51,961 nucleotides of DNA from IMG/VR virus record IMGVR_UViG_3300002035_000003, positions 1 through 51,961 of that record; one strand, 5' to 3'. Positions 9,238 through 17,209 of this stretch are shown in pieces. The first letter of the stretch is position 1, and the number at the start of each line of letters is the position of its first letter. The translations under genes and the position numbers were made by a program. A model generated the notes under the pieces. It saw only the letters and a program-made list of their open reading frames with translations. It did not search any database and was not told where the DNA came from. The stretch comes from a virus.

Positions 9238-10188
9238 ATGGATGTCTCACAACTTATAAAGCTCAACTACGATCGATTGGGTATTGCATATGATGGTAAA
9301 CCCAGGTTACTAACTGGTGAAGAAAAAGACTTTAGGGTTGCCTGTTTAAAAGAAGAGCTACAAGAGTTTATAGACGCTGACAATTTAGAAGACCAATATG
9401 ACGCGCTATTAGATTTAGCTGTATTCACACTTGGTACAATAGTTCAACAAGGGTTGCCATTTAATCCTGGTTTTTTAGAAGTAATGCGGGCAAACTACCA
9501 AAAACAAGTTGGACAAAACTTTAATAAAGAACGTGGAAGCTGGTCGGCTGACTTAGTTAAGCCAGACGGTTGGAAGGCTCCAGACCTAAAAAATATTATT
9601 GATCTGGCAAATACACTAGTTGATAATGACTATGACGTTTTTGCACCAACTAATGCTTTTATAGATCGGTCGCCAAAAGTTTTGGTATTAGGTCATGGGC
9701 GTCATGGTAAGGATACATTTGCCAATATGCTTTTTGAATCATTAGAGCCCACTAGCTACATGGCTGCTAAATTAATAATGTTCAAATGGTATGAAAGATT
9801 TTTCCCTGAAAAGTATTCAACTGTAACTGAGTGTTATGAAGACAGACACAACCACCGAGAAACTTGGCATGAGCAAATAAAAGCTTTTAACAGGTCGTTT
9901 GGTTGGAATGCCTTTGCTCTCGAAGTTTTACAAAAACAGGATTGCTATGTTGGTATGCGTGCAGATCAAGAATACCAGGCTTGTAAAACTACTAATACAT
10001 TTGACATTGTGTTTTGGGTTGATCGTTTTGAACATGAAGATGCCGAGCCGGTAACTTCAATGACTATTGACTTTGAACCAGACACCATGGTCTTTATTGA
10101 TAATAACCAGGATTTAGCTAATTTAAAAATGCAAGCGGATTATTACAGAATAATGCTTGACTCTGTTTTTACAAAGCGTAAAAATTAA
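9238..10188 (+). CDS. fusion of an all-alpha (MazG/DUF550-like) NTP pyrophosphohydrolase with a T4 gp1-like dNMP kinase
   Basis: N-terminal part: KEELQEFIDA...DALLDLAVFTLG. C-terminal part: VLVLGHGRHGKDTFA P-loop of the GKDT type, plus CYVGMRADQE. The start is moved to ATG 9238 (MDVSQL) from the track's TTG at 9049. Confidence 0.6.
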   Translation: MDVSQLIKLNYDRLGIAYDGKPRLLTGEEKDFRVACLKEELQEFIDADNLEDQYDALLDLAVFTLGTIVQQGLPFNPGFLEVMRANYQKQVGQNFNKERGSWSADLVKPDGWKAPDLKNIIDLANTLVDNDYDVFAPTNAFIDRSPKVLVLGHGRHGKDTFANMLFESLEPTSYMAAKLIMFKWYERFFPEKYSTVTECYEDRHNHRETWHEQIKAFNRSFGWNAFALEVLQKQDCYVGMRADQEYQACKTTNTFDIVFWVDRFEHEDAEPVTSMTIDFEPDTMVFIDNNQDLANLKMQADYYRIMLDSVFTKRKN

Positions 10189-10201
10189 AGTAAAAAAAGA
10201 T

Positions 10202-10229
10202 TTTACTTTTACTGGAAAGTAGGTATAAT
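10202..10229 (+). promoter_or_regulatory. sigma70-type early promoter
   Basis: TTTACT-N16-TATAAT, preceded by the palindrome AAGTAAAA-N5-TTTTACTT. Confidence 0.55.
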
Positions 10230-10273
10230 ACTTTTATTGAAACAAAACTTACTCATTCTACCGGAGCGTATCA

Positions 10274-10531
10274 ATGAAGACTTACACACGAGTTCACTAT
10301 AAAAAATCTAATGGCTTCGAATCTTGGATGCCTGTTTATAACGACGGTACAACTTGTTATATGACAGACAAAATGAACAAAGCCACAGGTGAAAATAAAC
10401 CAATAATTAATCAAGGAAAAGTTGAAAGGTTTAGAGAAACTTGTAAACTTTTAGGTTGGACTATTCTTAAAGAAGAACAAACTAATAGTGGTGAGTTAGG
10501 TCCTTCTGCTGTAGCTGCTGGTGCCATTTAA
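10274..10531 (+). CDS. hypothetical protein
   Basis: ATG preceded by the conserved leader ATTCTACCGGAGCGTATCA. Confidence 0.5.
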   Translation: MKTYTRVHYKKSNGFESWMPVYNDGTTCYMTDKMNKATGENKPIINQGKVERFRETCKLLGWTILKEEQTNSGELGPSAVAAGAI

Positions 10532-10563
10532 AAATTAACTAACATTCTATTCGGAGAATATCA

Positions 10564-10770
10564 ATGTCAAGATTTACTTTCGAAGACTTCGTTGCAAGTC
10601 TAACCTCAAAAATGAAATCTGAAATGCAGCCTGATGCAGATGCTGGTCATATTTCACAAGAACGAGTTGATGAGGCAGATTTTTTTGAATTAACATCAAT
10701 GGATATGGACCCTTGTGAACTCCACGATTTAATGGAAAAAGCATTTAAAGCTGGTCAAAATTCATTATGA
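10564..10770 (+). CDS. small acidic protein
   Basis: Conserved leader variant ATTCTATTCGGAGAATATCA upstream. About 15 D/E against 6 K/R in 68 aa. Confidence 0.5.
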   Translation: MSRFTFEDFVASLTSKMKSEMQPDADAGHISQERVDEADFFELTSMDMDPCELHDLMEKAFKAGQNSL

Positions 10771-11096
10771 CAGAGTTTATGAAAAAACCTTGTAAGCATT
10801 GCCCATATTTAAGAACAGTAAAACCTTTTTTAACACCCGAAAGAGGTGAAGAGTTAGCTTACATTACACAAAACCCATATAACACTTTTGATTGCCACAA
10901 AACACTAGATTACAATGATGAAGAAATTGATGAACCTAGTAGGGTACAAAATACAAAAGTATGTGCGGGATTTTTGAGTCTGCAGCATTTTGAAAACGGT
11001 GAAACTTTTTATGATGATGAAGGCTTTATACCAGACGGCAATGTGTATTCAGAAGTTTATGAAATGATAGACGCCTACGAGGAAACTAACAATTGA
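10767..11096 (+). CDS. Cys-rich (probable metal-binding) hypothetical protein
   Basis: CKHCP...CHKT...VCAGF; ATGA start/stop overlap with the upstream gene. Confidence 0.45.
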   Translation: MTEFMKKPCKHCPYLRTVKPFLTPERGEELAYITQNPYNTFDCHKTLDYNDEEIDEPSRVQNTKVCAGFLSLQHFENGETFYDDEGFIPDGNVYSEVYEMIDAYEETNN

Positions 11097-11590
11097 AAAC
11101 TAAAATAAAAGACCTAGCTATTGGTGCAAGATTCAAGCTACTTGATTGTGAAGAGTCTGATGACGGTACGCAAAGTAACTGGGATGGAATTTCATTATTC
11201 GATAAAACCTGGGTGTTATTAAAAAAATATCCAAAAGGGCGCTTTGAAGATGGCTGTGGTTTGATAGAACAATGGACCGGTCCTAAAACAGATAGGTTTA
11301 ACTCACGCTGCATTATTGTTCATGACCCTACTAATTTACCAGATTATGAAGTTTGGTGTGTAGATTATGAATCTGGTAGTAATGGGCAATCAAAAAAGAA
11401 AAGCTTTGAGGAAGCAACTGTAAATATGGTTGTGGGCTTTACTTTGAGCTTTATTGCATCCTTTTTGATATTCCCACTATTCGGATATAAACCAACTTTA
11501 TTCAATAACTTCTTTATAACTGTTTTCTTTACCCTAGTAACATTATTAAGAACCTACTTAATCAGACGCTTTTACAATGAGAGAAATTAA
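11093..11590 (+). CDS. membrane protein (two C-terminal TM segments)
   Basis: TTG start overlapping the previous stop. Hydrophobic segments MVVGFTLSFIASFLIFPLFGY and FFITVFFTLVTLL. Confidence 0.4.
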   Translation: MKTKIKDLAIGARFKLLDCEESDDGTQSNWDGISLFDKTWVLLKKYPKGRFEDGCGLIEQWTGPKTDRFNSRCIIVHDPTNLPDYEVWCVDYESGSNGQSKKKSFEEATVNMVVGFTLSFIASFLIFPLFGYKPTLFNNFFITVFFTLVTLLRTYLIRRFYNERN

Positions 11591-11592
11591 CC

Positions 11593-11739
11593 ATGAAAAC
11601 ATATAAAATTACTATGTATATACAGGATGAAAATGAAAACCCAGAAGCACTTGTTCATGATCTAGAAGATATTGACGCAGCTGATGGTGTTGAAGTTTTA
11701 TCAAGTAAATATGATGAAGTGGACGAGGAGAATAACTAA
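11593..11739 (+). CDS. very acidic 48-aa protein (below the track cutoff)
   Basis: Hand translation gives MKTYKITMYIQDENENPEALVHDLEDIDAADGVEVLSSKYDEVDEENN. TAATG overlap with the next gene. Confidence 0.4.
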   Translation: MKTYKITMYIQDENENPEALVHDLEDIDAADGVEVLSSKYDEVDEENN

Positions 11740-12923
11740 TGAAAATATTTGGAAACCCAGGAACACTTGACCCCCGCGCTTTTACTACTTTTGGTATATC
11801 AGCTAAAGTAAACGATAATCCTATAGGGCAGTTTGGTACTGGTTTAAAGTACGCAATTGCAGTTATGGTTCGTGAAGACTTAAGCTTACATATAGAAACA
11901 AATGGCAAAAAATATGTGTTTGATTCTGCATCAACTGAATTTAGAAACAAAGACTTTCAATTAGTACAATGTAATATATTTGATTTAGAAAGTGGAAATT
12001 TTGACAGGTGTATTGAACTACCTTTTACTACTGAGTTTGGTAAAAATTGGCAGCTGTGGCAAGTTTATCGTGAGCTAGCTTCTAATTGCTTGGATGAAAA
12101 CGGAACTATCGGTGAACCCGGTGAGACCACAGTATATGCTAATATACCGGTTGAACATTCTGAAGTTTTTTTGGTGGGTAAAAACAAAGTATATGAGTCA
12201 GAGTTAATCGAAATATTTGATAACCCAAATAGCCAGTATATCTATTACCAGGGCATAAGAGTCTTAAAAATGGATTTACCAGGTCGTTATACATATAACC
12301 TTAAAAAAGCCACTCTAACAGAAGACAGAACTTTGTTTGGTACGGCTGTTTATCATAAAGCTATTTGTAATTGGGTTGCTACGTCTACTGATGAAATATT
12401 AATTCGTCAGATATGTGGAATTTGTCCCGATACTACTTTTGAAAGTAAACTAGACTTTGATTACTTTGATGCTGCATCTGTTTCAAATGAATTTCTACAA
12501 TACTTTAAGAAAAATGCTTTATGCACAGATGGAACAAATCAGTCTGCCTATCGCTTAGCTAAAAAACAACAAAAAGAAATAGATGGAATTTTAAGAAAAG
12601 AACCATCTTTAAAAGAGCAAAAAACAATTGATGAAGCTATAGAATTTTTATTTGATATTGGTTATGACGTATTAGATAAATATAGCGTATCAATAGCTAG
12701 TAATTTGGGGGATAACATTCTTGCATACGCAGACGATGAAAACCAAACTATGTGGCTTACTTCTAAGCTACTAACTGATACCCCTAGACAAATTGCCGCT
12801 GGTATATTTGAAGAGTACATACACCTTGAGCACAATGTATATGACTGTACTAGGCAGATGCAAAATGTCTTGTTTGATGAAATAATGAAGCAAGGTGCAG
12901 AACGAATTGGGGTAACAATATAA
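11739..12923 (+). CDS. hypothetical 394-aa protein carrying Hsp90/MORC-like motifs in swapped order
   Basis: GQFGTGLKYA near residue 30 and RELASNCLDENG near residue 112. Confidence 0.5.
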   Translation: MKIFGNPGTLDPRAFTTFGISAKVNDNPIGQFGTGLKYAIAVMVREDLSLHIETNGKKYVFDSASTEFRNKDFQLVQCNIFDLESGNFDRCIELPFTTEFGKNWQLWQVYRELASNCLDENGTIGEPGETTVYANIPVEHSEVFLVGKNKVYESELIEIFDNPNSQYIYYQGIRVLKMDLPGRYTYNLKKATLTEDRTLFGTAVYHKAICNWVATSTDEILIRQICGICPDTTFESKLDFDYFDAASVSNEFLQYFKKNALCTDGTNQSAYRLAKKQQKEIDGILRKEPSLKEQKTIDEAIEFLFDIGYDVLDKYSVSIASNLGDNILAYADDENQTMWLTSKLLTDTPRQIAAGIFEEYIHLEHNVYDCTRQMQNVLFDEIMKQGAERIGVTI

Positions 12924-13210
12924 TGGGTGACATGGGAGAAGGTTGGGCAGAAATGAAAGAAGCTGCTAAGGCTAAAAAAGCTCGTAATCGTGCCTGGTCT
13001 ACTAAATATTTAACTGACCAGGGTTTTGAATTTGAAACCAGGAACAATGGAGCACATTTAATAGTTGTTTTGTATTCACCAATTACTGGTAAGAATGAAC
13101 CAGCTGCAGATTTTTGGCCTGGTACAGGTAAATACAAAATTAGAAGTGCTAAACAAACACCTTATAAAAGGGGTGTTAGAAACCTGATTGCTGACTTAGA
13201 GAGGTGTTAA
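12923..13210 (+). CDS. hypothetical protein
   Basis: TAATG coupling to the upstream gene. Confidence 0.5.
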   Translation: MGDMGEGWAEMKEAAKAKKARNRAWSTKYLTDQGFEFETRNNGAHLIVVLYSPITGKNEPAADFWPGTGKYKIRSAKQTPYKRGVRNLIADLERC

Positions 13211-13211
13211 T

Positions 13212-13436
13212 ATGTTGCAAGATACAGAATTTATTACTCGCTGTTGCTTATTATTTAGACAAACATATTTTTTTGGAGCAACAGCATTAGTTCAAAATCC
13301 AGATGGTACAAAAATATGGCGCAATAGAAAAATTGATAGAAATCCTTTTACCATTGAAGCGCCTTTTGAAAAGTTTACTACTCTTGTATCATTTGAAAAT
13401 TCAACTATAGGTATTGATAAAAAAGATGACTATTAA
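13212..13436 (+). CDS. hypothetical protein
   Basis: RBS gagagg upstream of the ATG. Confidence 0.45.
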   Translation: MLQDTEFITRCCLLFRQTYFFGATALVQNPDGTKIWRNRKIDRNPFTIEAPFEKFTTLVSFENSTIGIDKKDDY

Positions 13437-13671
13437 AACTGTATTAAAAAGTTGTGATAACAGCCACTCAGTAATTGAGGCAGTGTTACAAGCTGAAACA
13501 GCCAAAGCAGTATTGATTCATACTTGTGATGAGGATGATTGCTGGTTACCTAAATCACAGATTGAAATAGTTGATAGCTGGCCTATCAACGAAACACCAC
13601 AACAGGGTCTTGGTAAAGTAATAGTAGTTCATATACCAAACTGGCTTGTAAACAACAACGCAATAGTATAG
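13426..13671 (+). CDS. hypothetical protein
   Basis: Internal ATG 13426 preferred over the track's TTG at 13414. Confidence 0.4.
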   Translation: MTIKTVLKSCDNSHSVIEAVLQAETAKAVLIHTCDEDDCWLPKSQIEIVDSWPINETPQQGLGKVIVVHIPNWLVNNNAIV

Positions 13672-13678
13672 GAGTATC

Positions 13679-13948
13679 ATGGCAATTAAGTATAAAAAAG
13701 CAGTCTCTGTTGAGCCAAATAGCCCGTATAACCACCCACAAGCAGTTGAGTGTAAAGCTCTTCTAAATGGTGTCGAGTTAGAGGCTTGTGTAACAGCCAA
13801 TGAGTCAGAAGGTTGGGCGGATGTTTACAGTACTGATGAATATGGCGAGTATATCATTGATAAAGAAAATGAATGCCTGGTTACAGAGCGTGTTACAGGA
13901 TTTGTTAGCATCATACTACCTGAAAATTGGATTGGGTGGCGGCATTGA
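13679..13948 (+). CDS. hypothetical protein
   Basis: RBS aggag 6 nt upstream of the ATG. Confidence 0.5.
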   Translation: MAIKYKKAVSVEPNSPYNHPQAVECKALLNGVELEACVTANESEGWADVYSTDEYGEYIIDKENECLVTERVTGFVSIILPENWIGWRH

Positions 13949-14292
13949 AACGTAAACCATACGTGTGTGCTTACGCCTACACTGGTCGCCGCTATCAAAT
14001 ACTTAAACGAATATTTGATAATTGTCTCATAGACAAAGATGGCTGTTATATTTGGCAAGGTGCACACTCTGGTAGCAACCGGCCAACAGGTGGTGGCTAC
14101 GGTCGAATATCAATAAATGGTTTTACCTCAGCTGTACATAGAGTTGTTTATATAACTGTGTTTGGGTATTTACCTGCAAAGCGCCAAGTTGATCATCTAT
14201 GTAAAAAGCGATTATGCTGTAACCCTAATTGCCTAGAAGACGTAACTCATAAACAAAACTGCAAGAGGAGAGATGAAAGCAATAAAGACTAA
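13927..14292 (+). CDS. free-standing HNH homing endonuclease
   Basis: GCYIWQG...GYGRISING...VDHLCKKRLCCNPNCLEDVTHKQN. The N-terminal region has no ATG. The start must be TTG 13927, GTG 13936 or TTG 13945. Confidence 0.75.
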   Translation: MDWVAALKRKPYVCAYAYTGRRYQILKRIFDNCLIDKDGCYIWQGAHSGSNRPTGGGYGRISINGFTSAVHRVVYITVFGYLPAKRQVDHLCKKRLCCNPNCLEDVTHKQNCKRRDESNKD

Positions 14293-14563
14293 AACGCTTG
14301 TAGGACCGACTAAGGTTCATGCTGATATGGCAACTCAAAAATGGGTTGATGAAGGCTGGGTAGTAGTTGGTGCCCCACACTTTACTACTGATCTTGATAA
14401 TAATGAAACATGGTACCAAAAAATAGTTATACCAAAAACGTATGAATGTGGTTTTAGATCAGATCAATTAGAACCATGTGAAACCTGTCCTAGAAAAATT
14501 ACTGCTGTACATTCATGTGGTATTTTACAGGACTCACTAGAGGAACAAAATGAAACCGATTAA
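14273..14563 (+). CDS. hypothetical protein
   Basis: RBS aggagag upstream; overlaps the end of the HNH gene. Confidence 0.5.
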   Translation: MKAIKTKTLVGPTKVHADMATQKWVDEGWVVVGAPHFTTDLDNNETWYQKIVIPKTYECGFRSDQLEPCETCPRKITAVHSCGILQDSLEEQNETD

Positions 14564-15212
14564 ATTTGAAGGCAGTAACATAGTTTTTGCCGAGGACCAA
14601 GATGAATACATAAGTTTGCCGGCACATACAGACGGCAACAAAGTGACCTTTTGTATGGAACTTACAGACGAAGAAATACAAAAGATACAGCGCTCAAAAG
14701 TTATATGGCATACAGTGCTAACATTTGGTCATGCGCTACAACCACAATTGATGGAAGCTTGGAAACCAGGTCATATTCTACACGCCAATTCCAATGCTGA
14801 ATTACCCAAACAAGCCCAAGTTATTGACAGGGTAAGAGTAGATAGTGACGGGAATGTATATTTAGATAATATGCCGTTAGGCGCTTTTACTACATCCGGT
14901 GAGCCTGGGTTTTGCCCAGGAGATGATTTTAGTTCTAAAAACTATGGTATTGACGTATTACAAGATATTGCTGTACTTGCGTACAACTTTTACTACCCAT
15001 CTAACCAGGAACTGGTCATAGATGAAACAGGGGTTGTAACTCTTAGTGGTAATGCAATTGGACAATGGGTAATAGAGGAAGGCAAAGCGCTCTTTTACTT
15101 AAAAGACCCAGATAATTTTCAATTGACGCCAAAACAATTTTTTGCCAATGTTAGATTAGGCGAAGAATTTGAACAGAATCAGCTAAAAACTGACAAACCG
15201 AAGTTACACTAA
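14550..15212 (+). CDS. hypothetical protein
   Basis: 220-aa ORF in the operon context. Confidence 0.5.
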   Translation: MKPIKFEGSNIVFAEDQDEYISLPAHTDGNKVTFCMELTDEEIQKIQRSKVIWHTVLTFGHALQPQLMEAWKPGHILHANSNAELPKQAQVIDRVRVDSDGNVYLDNMPLGAFTTSGEPGFCPGDDFSSKNYGIDVLQDIAVLAYNFYYPSNQELVIDETGVVTLSGNAIGQWVIEEGKALFYLKDPDNFQLTPKQFFANVRLGEEFEQNQLKTDKPKLH

Positions 15213-15242
15213 TTAGAGTAACTTTAATTAACATCAACCTAG

Positions 15243-15278
15243 TTTGTGTATCATATTGTTGAAAATATGATACACAAA
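15243..15278 (+). promoter_or_regulatory. perfect 15-bp-stem hairpin / palindrome
   Basis: TTTGTGTATCATATT gttgaa AATATGATACACAAA, 30 nt after the stop of the 14550..15212 gene. No U tract follows. Confidence 0.6.
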
Positions 15279-15307
15279 TGCCCCTTAAAAACTTAGTGAG
15301 AATAACC

Positions 15308-15895
15308 ATGAAATTATCAAACGAAAAACGAGATCGATTAATTCAATATGCAATGAACAATGTAGACAAAAAAGACATTGTTAAAAAGTAATCTCGATTA
15401 GCCGCGTTAAAACAGGATATAGAACAACCCCTTCGTGATGCTGTTTTAGCCCGGTACCCACAATCCGAAATGGACGTACTAAAAAAATATAATGAGCGAT
15501 TCGGCAAAAAGAATTGTAAGTTCATTTACCAGCCAAAAAAGAATGAAAAAGTAGCCGGTGCTGACTTGGTAACATTTAATTTTGATGAGAATGTATACGT
15601 GCCGGATAATTGGAATTTTAGAGATAAATCTATACAAATCCCAATGGCGCTATATAAGAAAGTTTCATCTTATAGAAAATTAACTGAAGAAATACAAGAA
15701 GACTTAAAAATGCTTCGTGCTGATTTTAGAACTCTAGTATATGGCTGTAATACTTTTAACCAAGTTGCAGAGCTGTGGCCGCCTTTTGAAAACGTAAGAA
15801 ATGATTTTACTGGCACGGCAGTATCTGTCTTAAGTAAAGATGTAGTTGCACGGGTTAAAGGGTATAAAGTGGTTAGTAAAAATGATATTTCGTAA
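15308..15895 (+). pseudogene. 195-codon reading frame interrupted by a single in-frame TAA (15389-15391)
   Basis: ATG 15308 and the track ORF 15470..15895 are in the same frame (162 nt apart). The 26 codons between the TAA and ATG 15470 are open. ATG 15470 has no recognisable SD. Confidence 0.4.
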
Positions 15896-16316
15896 GAAAA
15901 AAGCTGCTGAGAATCTTCGTGAGCTGATACGTGACCATGTTAAGAGTACTTATCCCTTAATTGATGTGATAGGCAAACGGGGCGTATATAACAATACTTG
16001 TTTTTTTAATGCTGTTCAATGGGTGTATGATCATCCTCGACACAAGGACTCAGCAACACACTGGGAGGTTGTTGAGGTAATTTACATTCATAATGGTTAC
16101 CCAATACTGCACTATATAAACAAGCTTGGTGATGAATACTTTGATACCACTGTTGGTTTTGTATCTGGTCATTACGACTATTATCTAATTCGTACCATAA
16201 ACCCCAGGCAATATTTTGGTATTGAGGAGGAATTCACCACGGCTCGTGCTCACTGGACACATCTATATATGGACTGGTGGGATATCAATGTACATAAATT
16301 TGGGTGGCAAGTATGA
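15882..16316 (+). CDS. hypothetical protein
   Basis: ATG 15882 (MIFRKKK) preferred over the track's TTG at 15846. Confidence 0.45.
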   Translation: MIFRKKKAAENLRELIRDHVKSTYPLIDVIGKRGVYNNTCFFNAVQWVYDHPRHKDSATHWEVVEVIYIHNGYPILHYINKLGDEYFDTTVGFVSGHYDYYLIRTINPRQYFGIEEEFTTARAHWTHLYMDWWDINVHKFGWQV

Positions 16317-16349
16317 AAAACCTAAAAAATTTAATATGAGGAAAAACTA

Positions 16350-16841
16350 ATGAGTTTATACAATATGATGAATGGTGTCACACCAGCTGTGCTTTTATTT
16401 TTACCAATGCTTGATAACCACCCAGACAAATACCCAAGGTTCAGAGATTGTTTTCTATCTGACCCAGAAAAACCAGAGTATAACAATCACATTATTGTGT
16501 ACACCCGTACTGGTGGTGGTAATCGTGAAACATACAGTAATGAATATGGCTACAAGCGTTGTTGGGATATTTCAGATGAAGAATATACGAAACCAGAGTA
16601 CATGTTCAATGATGAATTAAAACAATTACCCGGTTTCGTGTCTGATTATGACGACGACTTTGATAGTACTTTTGCTAATTGGGTTTTTAACGTACCAGAA
16701 CAATGGCAAGATGACTATGAAAAATTAACTAAAGGCAAGGCTAACCAGGTTAGTAAGCAATACATCAAACAAATTAAAAAAGTATTTCCCAAACTTGCTG
16801 ATAAAATAGATGAGATATTTAATGAGCTCACAACTAGTTGA
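16350..16841 (+). CDS. hypothetical protein
   Basis: RBS gagga upstream; 163-aa ORF. Confidence 0.5.
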   Translation: MSLYNMMNGVTPAVLLFLPMLDNHPDKYPRFRDCFLSDPEKPEYNNHIIVYTRTGGGNRETYSNEYGYKRCWDISDEEYTKPEYMFNDELKQLPGFVSDYDDDFDSTFANWVFNVPEQWQDDYEKLTKGKANQVSKQYIKQIKKVFPKLADKIDEIFNELTTS

Positions 16842-17001
16842 ATGCACGCAGTGCCATAATTTAATTGAAATAAACATAACAGCTATGGAAATGACATTCT
16901 ATGAAACAGATAGAATTTTGCCAGACACAATCAGTGATGAGGATAGAGATATGCTTGTTAGTGAAGTGTGCTCGGGCTGTTGGGATGTACTTAACTCGTA
17001 A
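16810..17001 (+). CDS. small zinc-ribbon protein (start at 16810 or 16822)
   Basis: ECTQCHN...CSGCWD gives two CxxC pairs. Confidence 0.4.
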   Translation: MRYLMSSQLVECTQCHNLIEINITAMEMTFYETDRILPDTISDEDRDMLVSEVCSGCWDVLNS

Positions 17002-17060
17002 TTCAGAATAATATGACAGACCTTGTGCCGGAGATTTCGCTACCTTCCTAACAAGCAAAG

Positions 17061-17093
17061 AAAAAGGGCTAACCGGTTAAGTAAGCCCTTTTT
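17061..17093. terminator. bidirectional rho-independent terminator
   Basis: AAAAAGGGCT-13 nt loop-AGCCCTTTTT, with an A run upstream and a T run downstream. Confidence 0.7.
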
Positions 17094-17209
17094 CACACCC
17101 TAATAACTTAATAGACACCATTTAACGTGAGGAACGTGACAAATGATAAAAACAATTCTAAGACCTATTTGCTGCTTTGTAAACCCTTTAATTGCAAGGG
17201 GTGGAGTCA

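Noticed and set aside
15343-15525. A minus-strand 60-aa ORF opposite the TAA-interrupted gene
   Set aside because: It lies inside a plus-strand operon with no promoter or RBS. An open antisense frame is consistent with the plus strand being coding across the TAA.
16372-16620. Track ORFs nested in another frame of a longer gene (16372-16620, 20560-20793, 23790-24461, 27994-28215, 31563-32138)
   Set aside because: Each is embedded in the same strand as a longer ORF that has better context. None has an independent RBS.
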